Shown: positions 19,604-29,308 of the stretch, piece by piece
Position numbering within the stretch: position 1 is the first letter of the stretch
How the letters are laid out: every line of letters begins with the position of its first letter
DNA from: Myxococcota bacterium
Lineage (GTDB): Bacteria > Myxococcota_A > UBA9160 > UBA4427
Length of the DNA: 64,000 bases
Direction: 5' to 3'
Assembly (NCBI GenBank): GCA_965250285.1
Contig: OZ252299.1
Coordinates: forward strand, 5,088,001-5,152,000
Notes under the pieces: model-generated
Seen by the model: the letters and a program-made list of their open reading frames with translations, nothing else
Database searches by the model: none
What the model was told of the DNA's origin: nothing
Translations under genes and position numbers: made by a program

Positions 19604-20407
19604 ATGACAGCCGCCGAACACACGACCGGGCCAACCCCGGTGCTCACGGACGTGTCACGAGAATCCAGTCAAATCAGTGACTTGCATTCCTTCGATGCCG
19701 AGGCAATGGAGGCGTCGAGTCCCGAAGAAATCTTGACCTGGGCGATCGGAAAATATCATCCGCGGCTCACCCTGAGCGCTTCTTTCGGCGCGCCCGAAGG
19801 GATGGTGCTGCTGGACATGATGCACGAGATCGATCCCTCGACGCGCGTCTTCGTTCTCGACACGGGCCGACTCCATCAAGCGACCTTCGATCTGATCGAT
19901 CGGGTGCGCGACCGTTACGACAAGGACATCGAGGTGATCTTCCCCGACGCCGAGGCCGTGCAGGACATGGTCCGCGAGAAGGGGATGAACCACTTCTACG
20001 AGTCGCTCGAGAATCGCAAGCTCTGCTGCCGCATTCGCAAGGTCGAGCCGTTGCGCCGCCACCTGGCCCACTTCGACGCGTACGTCACGGGCCTGCGTCG
20101 CGATCAGAACGTCACGCGCCGCGACACGCCGAAGGTCGAGCTCGACGTCGGCAACGGCGGTCTGGTCAAGATCAATCCGATCGCCGACTGGACCCACGAG
20201 CAGGTGATGGACTACGTCGGCGAGCACAAGGTGCCGACCAACCGTCTGCATGCCGAGGGCTACCCGTCGGTGGGCTGCGCGCCTTGCTCGCGCGCGATCG
20301 CGCCCGGTGACGATCCGCGCGCTGGACGCTGGTGGTGGGAGAGCGAGGAGACCAAGGAGTGCGGTCTTCACGTGCCCGACGAGCAGCAGGGCGGCCTCGG
20401 CATCTGA
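19604..20407 (+). CDS. cysH: Adenosine-5'-phosphosulfate reductase, [4Fe-4S] type (CysH family)
   Basis: LDTGRL, CCRIRKVEPL, TGLRRDQ, GYPSVGCAPC, RAGRWWWE, KECGLH; CC plus CxxC indicates APS rather than PAPS type. Confidence 0.92.
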   Translation: MTAAEHTTGPTPVLTDVSRESSQISDLHSFDAEAMEASSPEEILTWAIGKYHPRLTLSASFGAPEGMVLLDMMHEIDPSTRVFVLDTGRLHQATFDLIDRVRDRYDKDIEVIFPDAEAVQDMVREKGMNHFYESLENRKLCCRIRKVEPLRRHLAHFDAYVTGLRRDQNVTRRDTPKVELDVGNGGLVKINPIADWTHEQVMDYVGEHKVPTNRLHAEGYPSVGCAPCSRAIAPGDDPRAGRWWWESEETKECGLHVPDEQQGGLGI

Positions 20408-20597
20408 GGCGTCGCCCCCCGCCCGAGCGCACGCTCGGCCCCAGTGTCGCATGCGTCTCGCGTCGCCTCGCCTCGTCTCACCTCATCGCGACCGGCAGCC
20501 CGCCGGCAGCCGATGCGCAGCATGGCAGCCGATTCAAGGCGCGGCGCGACTCGGCCGATGAAGGGAGTGGCCGGGTGTGTGGCCAGGGGAGTGACGG

Positions 20598-21023
20598 ATG
20601 AGCAGCGTGCGGACAACGATCGGTCGAGGCCTGGGCTTTGCTGCGCTGGCCTGCGCGCTCGTGCTTGCGGTGGGCGGGGTGACGGCGGCGCGCGCCGACG
20701 AGGCTCCGGCCGAGTCGAGCCCGCCCGCGCCCGATGCGAGCTTCGAGGGCTTCGCCGATCACCTCGAGCGCGAAGGACGTCCCGTCGTCGAAGACGCGGG
20801 GCCCACCTGCCAACCCGGCGCGAACGATCCGGTCGCCGTCGAGATGGCCCACCGCCGCGTCGTGGCCGAGCTGCAGGCGCGCCTGCAGGCCGAGGCGCGC
20901 GCACGCGCCGCCGAGCACGGGGGCGACCCCGAGATCGTGGTGCTCAATGGCCGGGGCTACAACTACCGCGCCCCCACCCCCGGCGAACAGCCGCCGGCGC
21001 CGGTGACCCCGCCCCAGGACTGA
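20598..21023 (+). CDS. Hypothetical secreted protein
   Basis: Sec-type signal ending ARA, upstream GGGGAG, C-terminal VVLNGRGYNY then Pro-rich tail. Confidence 0.65.
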   Translation: MSSVRTTIGRGLGFAALACALVLAVGGVTAARADEAPAESSPPAPDASFEGFADHLEREGRPVVEDAGPTCQPGANDPVAVEMAHRRVVAELQARLQAEARARAAEHGGDPEIVVLNGRGYNYRAPTPGEQPPAPVTPPQD

Positions 21024-21058
21024 TCTCGCCCGACGGCGGCGCCATCTCCGTGCGCGGC

Positions 21059-21193
21059 CGCGGCACCCTCTTCGCGCCGAGCTGATCTGCGTCTGCGTGC
21101 CCGCGGCACCCTCTTCGCGCCGAGCTGATCTGCGTTTGCGTGCTCGCGGCACCCTCGTCGCGCCGAGCTGATCTGCGGCTGCGTGCCCGCGGC
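21059..21193. repeat. Tandem array, 3 x 43 bp, intergenic
   Basis: cggcaccctc recurs at 21061, 21104, 21147 (cggc again at 21190); unit cggcaccctcttcgcgccgagctgatctgcgtctgcgtgcccg. Confidence 0.93.
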
Positions 21194-21359
21194 CGCCGCC
21201 TCTTTCATGTCGCCGCAGCGCGTCGAGACCGCCCGATGAGCCCGCGGGCGCTCGCTCATCGAGCGACGATCTGTGCGATCCTTCGCCGCTCTGGGGCAAA
21301 GCGCAAACGTTGGGACGCCGTCGGCACCGGGTTGAACCGACGGCGCTCGGGACCCGTTC

Positions 21360-23897
21360 ATGGATCCGGTTTCCACCCTTCGAGTCCGGCGTCTGACCGG
21401 CACGCTGGCTGCGCTGTGGGCGATCTCAGCGGTGGCCATGTCGGCCTTCGCGCTGATCCCTCGCGCCGATACGCCCTCGCTCCCCTTCAGCAGCGCCTTC
21501 GTGGCCGGCGTGGCCTTGATCCACGCCGTCGGACCCGACGCACGCGAAGCGGGCATCGAGCCCGGCGACGAGTGGATCTCGATCGACGGTGAGCCGGTCG
21601 TGCGGATGATGGATGAAGGGCGGGGCGCGCTCTTCCCGGGGCGCGTGAACGTCTACGAGGTCGAGAAGCAGGATGGCCGGGTCGTCAAGGCCGCGCTCTC
21701 GCCCCAGCCACCGGGCGCAAACGAGCGGCCCGGCGATCTGCTGCTGCACTTCGCGCTGCTGATCGTCGCGTCGCTCTACGTGACGGTCGGTCTCGCGGTG
21801 TGGTGGAGCAAACCGGGGACGGCCGAGGCGTGGGCGCTCCTGCTCTTCTGCTCGACGATGACGGTGCTGATCTCGACGACGATTCGCGCCGACGAGGTGC
21901 CGTGGTCGTTCTCGCGCGTGCTCGCGAACCTGCCCTTCATCGGTGCGACGACGTTCCACCTGTTCACGACCTATCCGATCGAGCCGCCCTGGATCGTCCG
22001 CTATCGACGCACGCGCGCGGTGCCCTATCTGCTCGCATTCGCGATCTTTCTGGGCGTGGTCGGCGTGCGCGCGGGCACCATCGACGCTCGACTGATGGCA
22101 TCGATCGCGGGCTTCTACGGCGTCGGCGTCGCGCTGGCCTCGGTGGCGGTGCTCGCGGCGCAGCGGCGGCGCGCACACGACGCGGGGATCGGCGAGCGCG
22201 TCGACCTCATGTTGCTCGCGGGCGTCGTGAGCTTCGTGCCGATGCTGCTGATGATCGGCATGGTCTACGTGCTGCAGACGCCGATCCCCTGGTACATGGC
22301 CATGCTCTGGGTGGGCTTCTTCCCGCTCGCGGTGGGCTACGGGATGCTGCGCAAGCAGCTCTTCGACTTTCGCATCGTCGCGCGCTCGTCGGCCGCCTAC
22401 GGCGCCGCGACCTTCACCATCACCGGTTTGTTCGCGTTCTCGATCACCTTCGCCGACGAGCTGATCCAGACCTACGGCGTGAACGTGCGCAGCGTGCAGG
22501 TGATCCTGCTCTTTCTCGCGATCCTCGCCTTCAATCCGCTGCGCGAACGACTGCAGGGGCTGGTCGATCGCCTCTTCGATCGCGACCGCGCGCGCTATCG
22601 CCAGGCCGTGCGAGAGATCTCGGAGGCGATGGTGTCGATGCTGTCGCTGGGTGAGATCGGCGATCGCATTCTCGTCGCCGTGACCGACACCATGGGCGTC
22701 GAACGCGCGATGGTCCTGCTCTTCGACGAGAACGACAAGGTGCTGCGGCCGGCCGCGTGGCGCGGCGATTGGGACGAGCAGGACGTCCAGGCCGAGATCC
22801 CGAGCGAGCATCCGATCTGGAAGCACCTGTGGATGCGGCGCGAAGAGCTGATGCGCGCCGATTTCGACGACGAGCCCGACGCCGAGGCCCGCGAAGAGTG
22901 CTGGGACGTGTACGACACGCTCGAGGTCGAGCTGCTCGTGCCCATCCTCTTCGGTGTCGATCTGCTGGGGGTGATCGTCGTGGGGCGGAAGCTCTCGGGC
23001 GAGCGTCTGACGCCCGACGATCGACAGCTCCTGCGCACGCTCGCGAATCAGAGCTCGATCGCCATCGAGAACGCCAAGGCGTTCGACGAGATCGCCAAGC
23101 TGAACGAATCGCTCGAGGCCCGCGTCGAGGAGCGCACCCAGGAGCTGCGCGAGACGCAGACGCAGCTGATGCAGAGCGAGAAGATGAGCTCGCTCGGTCA
23201 GCTCGTCGCCGGCGTCGCCCACGAGCTGAACAACCCGATCGGGTTCGTGCACGCCAATCTGCAGCTGCTCGACGAGTTCATCGAGAAGCTCGCGACGGCG
23301 CAGGCGTCGGGGGCCGACACCGAGCGGGTGCGCGAGGCGATCACCAAGCTGCTGACGCGCAGCCGCGAAGGCACCGAGCGCGTGAAGAAGATCGTGCAGG
23401 ATCTGCGTACGTTCTCGCGCATGGATCAGGCCGAGAGCCAGATGGCCGATCTGCACGAGGAGATCGACCGGACGCTCGCGCTGATGGAGCCGCGGCTCAA
23501 GAACAAGATCAAGATCGACCGGCACTACGGCGACATCCCCGAGGTGCGCTGCTATCCGGGGCAGCTCAACCAGGTGTTCCTCAATCTGCTCATGAATGCC
23601 TGTGACGCGCTCGACGACACGGGCGGCACGATCCGCATCTCGAGCGAGCGCAGCGACCTCGGCGTGCGGCTCGAGTTCGCCGACGACGGGCCAGGGATCC
23701 CGATGCATGTCCAAAGCCGCATCTTCGATCCATTTTTCACCACCAAGGAGGTGGGCAAGGGCACGGGCCTGGGGCTCTCGCTCTCCCACGGCATCGTGGA
23801 GCGCCACGGCGGGCGCTTCCTGGTGCACTCGGAGCCCGGCGAGGGCGCGACCTTCGTGCTCGATCTGCCGCTCGACGCGGCGCCGGCGGCCGAATAG
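21360..23897 (+). CDS. Membrane sensor histidine kinase (PDZ-like, multi-TM, GAF, HisKA, HATPase)
   Basis: AREAGIEPGDEWISIDG (PDZ-like), LLVPI...LLGVIVVG (GAF), GVAHELNNP H-box, LNQVFLNLLMNA, FDPFFTTK, GTGLGL. Confidence 0.93.
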   Translation: MDPVSTLRVRRLTGTLAALWAISAVAMSAFALIPRADTPSLPFSSAFVAGVALIHAVGPDAREAGIEPGDEWISIDGEPVVRMMDEGRGALFPGRVNVYEVEKQDGRVVKAALSPQPPGANERPGDLLLHFALLIVASLYVTVGLAVWWSKPGTAEAWALLLFCSTMTVLISTTIRADEVPWSFSRVLANLPFIGATTFHLFTTYPIEPPWIVRYRRTRAVPYLLAFAIFLGVVGVRAGTIDARLMASIAGFYGVGVALASVAVLAAQRRRAHDAGIGERVDLMLLAGVVSFVPMLLMIGMVYVLQTPIPWYMAMLWVGFFPLAVGYGMLRKQLFDFRIVARSSAAYGAATFTITGLFAFSITFADELIQTYGVNVRSVQVILLFLAILAFNPLRERLQGLVDRLFDRDRARYRQAVREISEAMVSMLSLGEIGDRILVAVTDTMGVERAMVLLFDENDKVLRPAAWRGDWDEQDVQAEIPSEHPIWKHLWMRREELMRADFDDEPDAEAREECWDVYDTLEVELLVPILFGVDLLGVIVVGRKLSGERLTPDDRQLLRTLANQSSIAIENAKAFDEIAKLNESLEARVEERTQELRETQTQLMQSEKMSSLGQLVAGVAHELNNPIGFVHANLQLLDEFIEKLATAQASGADTERVREAITKLLTRSREGTERVKKIVQDLRTFSRMDQAESQMADLHEEIDRTLALMEPRLKNKIKIDRHYGDIPEVRCYPGQLNQVFLNLLMNACDALDDTGGTIRISSERSDLGVRLEFADDGPGIPMHVQSRIFDPFFTTKEVGKGTGLGLSLSHGIVERHGGRFLVHSEPGEGATFVLDLPLDAAPAAE

Positions 23898-23947
23898 CTC
23901 CCTATACTGAAGCGCCCGACTCACATCCTCAGGAAGGACCCCCTGCC

Positions 23948-24988
23948 ATGAAGCTCGGCATCCTCTCCGGCTATTCGCCGGCCACCATGAACATCAACAT
24001 CGACGGCATCCGGCACGCCGAAAGCCTCGGCTACGACTCGTGTTTCACCGCCGAGGCCTACGGCTCGGACGCCGTCTCGCCCGCAGCTTGGATCCTGGCG
24101 CAGACCGAGAAGATCAACGTGGGCACGGCGATCATGCAGATGCCGGCGCGCTCGCCCGCCAACACGGCGATGACCGCGATGACGCTCTACGCGCTCTCGG
24201 GCGGTCGCTTCATTCTGGGCCTCGGCCCTTCGGGCCCGCAGGTCGTCGAAGGCTGGCACGGGGTGCCCTACGGCAAGCCCCTCACGCGGACGCGCGAGTA
24301 CATCCAGATCATCCGCAAGATCCTCGAGCGCAAGGAGCCCGTGAGCTTCGAGGGCGAGATCTACCAGATGCCCAACACCGGGCCGGGCACGACCGGCCTC
24401 GGTAAGCCGCTCAAGAGCATCCTGCACGGCGACCCGGCGATGAAGATCTACACCGCGTCGATCTCGCCGAACGGCATGCGCTGCGCCGGTGAGGTGGCGG
24501 ACGGCGTCTTCCCGGTGTGGATGGATCCGACGCGCTTCGACGTGTTCGAGGAGCACCTGCAGAAGGGCTTCGACAAGGCCGGCGGCGGCAAGTCGCTCGA
24601 CGACTTCACGATCGCGCCGTTCGTGACGTGCATCATGGGCGACGACCTCGAGAAGTGCCGCATCCCGGTCAAGAACCAGCTGGCGCTCTACGTCGGCGGC
24701 ATGGGCGCACGCGACAAGAACTTCTACAACGACTACACCCAGCGGCTCGGCTTCGAAGAGGCTGCGAAGACGATCCAGGATCTCTACCTGGACGGGAAGA
24801 AGGCCGAGGCGGTCGCTGCCGTGCCCGACGAGTACGTCGATCGCGTCGCCCTGGTCGGTCCCCCCGATCGGATTCGCGATCAGCTGGGTGCCTGGAAGGA
24901 AGCGGGCGCGAAGAACCACGTCGGTACGATGCTGATCGGCGGCGGCGGCAAGAAGGCCTACGAGCTGCTCGCCGAGGAGCTGCTGTAG
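23948..24988 (+). CDS. LLM-class F420-dependent oxidoreductase
   Basis: AEAYGSDA, GTAIMQMPARSP, LGLGPSGPQVVEGWHG, LYVGGMG. Confidence 0.9.
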   Translation: MKLGILSGYSPATMNINIDGIRHAESLGYDSCFTAEAYGSDAVSPAAWILAQTEKINVGTAIMQMPARSPANTAMTAMTLYALSGGRFILGLGPSGPQVVEGWHGVPYGKPLTRTREYIQIIRKILERKEPVSFEGEIYQMPNTGPGTTGLGKPLKSILHGDPAMKIYTASISPNGMRCAGEVADGVFPVWMDPTRFDVFEEHLQKGFDKAGGGKSLDDFTIAPFVTCIMGDDLEKCRIPVKNQLALYVGGMGARDKNFYNDYTQRLGFEEAAKTIQDLYLDGKKAEAVAAVPDEYVDRVALVGPPDRIRDQLGAWKEAGAKNHVGTMLIGGGGKKAYELLAEELL

Positions 24989-25068
24989 CCAGCCGCTCGG
25001 CCACGCGGGATCGATCGGGTCGCCGGCGACGCGCTGGCCTTCCGACGCGCACGTCGTTCGTTCACGGC

Positions 25069-26313
25069 TTGGCCTTCGCCTTTGTCGTCGCGCACGCTTC
25101 ACTGGCCCTCGGCGTGCCGGCTCGCTCCGACGAGCAGGCACCCGAGGCGGTGACTCCGCTCGAGACCAAAGCGCTGCCGGGCGGCTTTCCCGCCCAGGGT
25201 CTGTCCGTCGACCGCGACGCGATCCTCGCCGGCGGACCCGATCGGGACGGCATCGCGAGCGTCGACTCGCCGCGCTTCGTGTCTCCACAAGAGGCGGCTC
25301 GGTGGGTCCGAGACGAGCACGCCGTCGTCGGTGTCGAGATCGACGGCGACGCCCGCGCATACCCGATCCACCTCATCGAGCACCATCAGATCGTGAACGA
25401 TCGGTTCGGCGACGAGCGCATTGCCGTCGCCTACGACCCGCTCGTCGACGTCGCTCGGGCGTATCGGGCCGGTCGGATGACCGCCGGCGAAGACCCGCGG
25501 GCCGGCCGATTCGGCGTCAGCGGCTTGATCTACCGCTGTAACTTCCTGCTCTACGACCGGCGCGACGAATCGCTCTCGGCCCACTTCGACGGTCGCACGA
25601 TCACTGGCCCCCGTGCGGGTGACGTGCTCGAGGCAGTGCCCGTGCGGGTCGAGACGCTGCGCGCGTGGCGGGCCCGGCACCCCGATACGCGCGTGCTCAG
25701 ACCCCCCGAGCCTCGGCGGATCGACTACCGATACAGCCCCTACTCGAGCTACTGGGTATCCGACGGCGTGCCGTTCCCACTCGATCACACCGATGACCGG
25801 ATCCACCCGAAAGAGCTGGTCCTGGGCGCGCGCGTCGGCGGCCGCACGCGCGCGTAACTCGCGACGGTCATCGAGCGCCGCGGCGGGCGCATCGTCGATG
25901 AGTTCGAAGGTCGCCGGATACGCGTGCAGTGGAACCGGCGCGCGGGCACGTTCAGCTTCGAAGCGCCCGATGACGTCGAGTTCACGAGCGCGTTCTGGTT
26001 TGCCTGGAAGAACTTCTACCCCGACACCGAGCTCTGGAACGTGCGCTTCGAGCGAGACGAGGACGAGCAAGTATCGATCGACGCGCCCTCGTCAGGTGCG
26101 CGCCGAGGCGCCTCCGCCCGAGTCGAAGAAGGACTGCACCTGCCTGAGCGTGTCGTCGACGTGCTGGGTCGCGAGCTCGCGGGCCGAGAAGCGGTCGACC
26201 GAGTCGCCGACGAGCGGGATCCAGTTCGGCGTGACCAGCTTGACCGCGAGGTTCGTCTGATCGGGTCGCTGGTCGATGGGCGTGAGGCTGAACGTCTGGT
26301 CGTAGCGCAGTGA
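25069..26313 (+). pseudogene. DUF3179-family exported protein interrupted by in-frame TAA at 25855-25857
   Basis: GGPDRDGIASVD, ARAYP, HQIVND, FGVSGLIY upstream; same frame resumes after TAA to give FWFAWKNFYPDTELW; start and true end uncertain. Confidence 0.75.
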
Positions 26314-26562
26314 GCCGAGCTTGATCTTGCGCTTGAGTCGTAGACCGGGCACGACCTCGAGGGGCCGGTCGTGCATCACGACCTGCACGGATCCGAGCTG
26401 GTAGCGCCAGCGCACCCCGCCCGAGAACGGGTAGTCGTCGCTCTCGTCGACCGGCGCGAGCATGCGCGCGTCCCACGCAACGATCTGCGCGGCATCGGTC
26501 AGGGCCTGCCAGACCCGCTCCGGGTCGGCCTCGATCACCCTCGACATCACGATCGTGATCAA
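26092..26562 (-). CDS. SRPBCC/START-like family protein
   Basis: SRVIEADPERVWQALTD...WD N-terminal pattern; TTG 26562 or ATG 26547 start. Confidence 0.7.
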   Translation of the reverse strand: MITIVMSRVIEADPERVWQALTDAAQIVAWDARMLAPVDESDDYPFSGGVRWRYQLGSVQVVMHDRPLEVVPGLRLKRKIKLGSLRYDQTFSLTPIDQRPDQTNLAVKLVTPNWIPLVGDSVDRFSARELATQHVDDTLRQVQSFFDSGGGASART

Positions 26563-26719
26563 CGGGCAAGCATCCGCGCGTTCACGGCTCGATGATGCAC
26601 GCGAAGCCGGGGGCTCGCAATCGGAGCGTTCCGGCGCTCTTGGGGGCCCCAAACGAAAGCCGCCGGATGCACGAGGCATCCGGCGGCTGGGTTCGGATCG
26701 CTGAGGTGAGTCAGCCGGA

Positions 26720-27373
26720 TCAGGCCCTGCTGCGTGCCGCGCGGCGGAGCACGACGGCGCCGACGCAGAAGAGAGCGAGGCCCGTGGGCTCCGGCACCGG
26801 CTGGGCACCGCCCGCCGAGGGGCCACCGTCGGTCTCGTACTCCCACTTCGCGAACGAGAAGTCGACGACCGAGTCACCCTTGCGGCTGACCACGGCGACC
26901 TGAAGCTCGTCGCCGGCGTTGTGGAAGAACGCGGTGACGTCGCCCTCGAAGAGCGAGAACCAGGCGCTGCCGCGCTGCCAGAACTCGTCGTTCAGGGCGA
27001 GGCTCACCTTCTCCTTGCCGTCGAAGAACTGATCGTCGCGGATGCCGACGTACAGGTGCGCGCTCGTGACCGAGAGCACCGACATCGACGGCGTGAAGCT
27101 GTGCGTGTAGACGACGTAGTCGCGGCGGCCACTCAGGTAGCCGTCGCCCAGACCCTGCCCCTGGTAGATGTCACCGTTCAGGTAGAGGTCCATGGGGTCG
27201 TCGCCGATGTAGCCGGCTTCCATCGTCGCCCGCATGTCGCCGGGGAAGAGGAGGCTCTGGTCGGACGTCAGCAGCTCGCCGTAGTACATCGTGCCGGCGA
27301 AGGCCGGGACGGCGAAGAGCACGACCATGGCGGCGGCGAGGACGTGCGCGAATCGGAGGTTCATCTTGTTCAT
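26720..27373 (-). CDS. PEP-CTERM sorting-domain secreted protein
   Basis: Signal peptide ending AFA; C-terminal VPEPTGLALFCVGAVVLRRAARSRA. Confidence 0.88.
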   Translation of the reverse strand: MNKMNLRFAHVLAAAMVVLFAVPAFAGTMYYGELLTSDQSLLFPGDMRATMEAGYIGDDPMDLYLNGDIYQGQGLGDGYLSGRRDYVVYTHSFTPSMSVLSVTSAHLYVGIRDDQFFDGKEKVSLALNDEFWQRGSAWFSLFEGDVTAFFHNAGDELQVAVVSRKGDSVVDFSFAKWEYETDGGPSAGGAQPVPEPTGLALFCVGAVVLRRAARSRA

Positions 27374-27693
27374 GTCAGCTTCCCGGTGATTCAGCTTCGT
27401 GTGCGTGTGTCGACTGAAATCAAGCCCGTCGATTCAAGTCTTGCTCTCGTGGCCTCGAGTTCGGTCCCGGTCGTCGAAGTCTCCCGAAATTTCCCGGCGA
27501 GCCGCCGGAGGTCGGGTTTCTCCCACACCCCGATCCTACTACGTATTCTGGTGTTGCCACCGAAAAAAGCGTGATTTTTCTCACGTTTCCGAACCGCTAC
27601 ACGTTCTTTATTCCGGCAGAATTGTGGGTGCCAACCCGAGGGGCAGAGGGGCCGAGACCGCCGTCGAGCAGGCTTCGTAGTGGATCCAAGGAG

Positions 27694-29130
27694 TTAGGGG
27701 GTAGACCTGCCGCCTACGGCTGCGCTGTCGGGCCAGTCGGCAAAGCAGTTGGTCTCGCGCTCGAAGATCCGGGCCGCACGAAGCACGAGGTCGTCGCGGT
27801 GCCGGGGGCCGACAATCTGCAGCCCGACCGGCAGGCCGGCGTTCGAGAGCCCGGCCCGCACCGTCGCGGCGGGATGCCACGACAGATTGAAGGGCATCGT
27901 GAAACTGCCGATGTTGGCGGCCGGCTGCCGTCGCCCCTCGATCTCGGCGGCGAATGGGCCGCGGGCGGGCGGCGCGTCGTACGGCACGGTGGGCGTCAGC
28001 AAGAAGTCGAACGTGTCGAACAGATCGCGGCACCACTCATTCAGGTCGGCCCGTCGTCGACGCATGTGGCCCCAACGCTCCGCGTTCATCGCAGCGCCTC
28101 GCTTCACGCCCTCGATGAAGCTGCGACCGAAGTCGGCTTCGTGCTCGGGCAGCATCGGCTCGAGCTCGGCGAGCATCTCCCACGCGCCCGAGAAGAGCCA
28201 ATCGGGCCCGGGCTCGGGCGGACCGCCTTCGATCTCTTCGACGACGTGCCCGTTGGTTTCGAAGACCCGGGCTGCCTCGCGGACGCACTTGGCGAAGTCG
28301 CTCTGCACGACGGCGAAGCCGAGATCGGCCGAGAAGGCGAAGCGCAGTGGACGATCGAACGGCTCTTCGATGGTGTCGCGGTAGAGCAGGCCAGGATGAG
28401 GCAGCGATGCGGGATCGTCTGGATGCGCGCCGACGACGGCATCGAGGTGAAGCGCGGCGTCGCGCACGCATCGCGTGAGTGGGCCATCGACCGACGTATC
28501 GTCCATGATCCAGAGCGGTTTCGGGCCGTGCGGAACCCGCCCGAGGCTGCCCTTCAAGCCGAAGCAGCCGGTGAGTGAGGCCGGGATGCGCACCGAGCCG
28601 CCGCCGTCGCTCGCGGTCGCGAGCGGCACGACGCCACCGGCGATGGCGGCCGATGCCCCGCCGCTCGAGCCGCCGGGTGTGCGCTCGAGATCCCATGGAT
28701 TGCGGGTCTCGCCGAAGAGCACGTTCTTCGTGATCGCCGTGTAGCCGAACTCGGGCGTATTCGTCTTGCCGACGACGATCGCGCCCGCGGCCCGCAACCG
28801 TTCGACCTGAACCGAGTCGCGTTCGGCCCTGTGATCCTTGAACGGCACCGAGCCGTGCGTCGTCACCATCCCGGCGACGTCTTCGAGATCCTTCACGCCC
28901 AGCGGCAGCCCCTCGAGCAGCCCGCCCTCTCCGCGCCGCCTTCGTTCGTCGGAGGCCTCCGCGTCTGCGATCACGGCGTCGGGGTCGCGGAGCGAGACGA
29001 AGGCATTGAGCGTGTCGTGCGTGGCATCGATGCGCTCGAGGGTCGCGCGCGCGAGCTCTGCGGCCGAGAGCGCACCGCGGTCCAAGCGGTCGAGAAGATC
29101 ACTGATCGTGCACTGGAGGAGGTCGGTCAT
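27694..29130 (-). CDS. Amidase signature family protein
   Basis: GLPLGVKDL, GKTNTPEFG, TPGGSSGGAS, SDGGGSVRIPAS, GLPVGLQ. Confidence 0.95.
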   Translation of the reverse strand: MTDLLQCTISDLLDRLDRGALSAAELARATLERIDATHDTLNAFVSLRDPDAVIADAEASDERRRRGEGGLLEGLPLGVKDLEDVAGMVTTHGSVPFKDHRAERDSVQVERLRAAGAIVVGKTNTPEFGYTAITKNVLFGETRNPWDLERTPGGSSGGASAAIAGGVVPLATASDGGGSVRIPASLTGCFGLKGSLGRVPHGPKPLWIMDDTSVDGPLTRCVRDAALHLDAVVGAHPDDPASLPHPGLLYRDTIEEPFDRPLRFAFSADLGFAVVQSDFAKCVREAARVFETNGHVVEEIEGGPPEPGPDWLFSGAWEMLAELEPMLPEHEADFGRSFIEGVKRGAAMNAERWGHMRRRRADLNEWCRDLFDTFDFLLTPTVPYDAPPARGPFAAEIEGRRQPAANIGSFTMPFNLSWHPAATVRAGLSNAGLPVGLQIVGPRHRDDLVLRAARIFERETNCFADWPDSAAVGGRSTP

Positions 29131-29308
29131 GGGGGCTCTCCTTGCGCCGCGTGCCGGACGCCGGGTGGCTGGACGGTCGCCATGTGGCCGGGTGACCTCT
29201 CGCGTCTTCCGGTCGCCGCGCTTCGCCAGGTCACCCTATCAGGGCTCGACGCCGTTGCGAAGCCGGGTGCGGCGCGTGGAACGCCCCCCCCCTGCGAGCG
29301 CGCGGCGC

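Noticed and set aside
20446..20490. Pentamer/hexamer low-complexity tracts (also about 48190-48230 and 54440-54465)
   Set aside because: Short degenerate microsatellite-like DNA with no evidence of function
21426..23924. Long antisense ORFs (also 11856-14249, 41601-43880, 55471-57600)
   Set aside because: Shadow frames of well-supported genes, expected in high-GC DNA; no motifs
14897..24988. Bioluminescence operon (luxC, luxE plus a luciferase-like gene)
   Set aside because: The LLM gene is 5 kb away on the other strand and has F420-type motifs; no luxAB pair or luxD
25855..25857. Selenocysteine or pyrrolysine recoding in DUF3179
   Set aside because: The stop is TAA, not TGA or TAG, and falls at an expected Tyr position
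27616..27633. Sigma54 promoter for the PEP-CTERM gene (TGGCAC on the minus strand)
   Set aside because: The GC of the -12 element is not at the required distance from the GG
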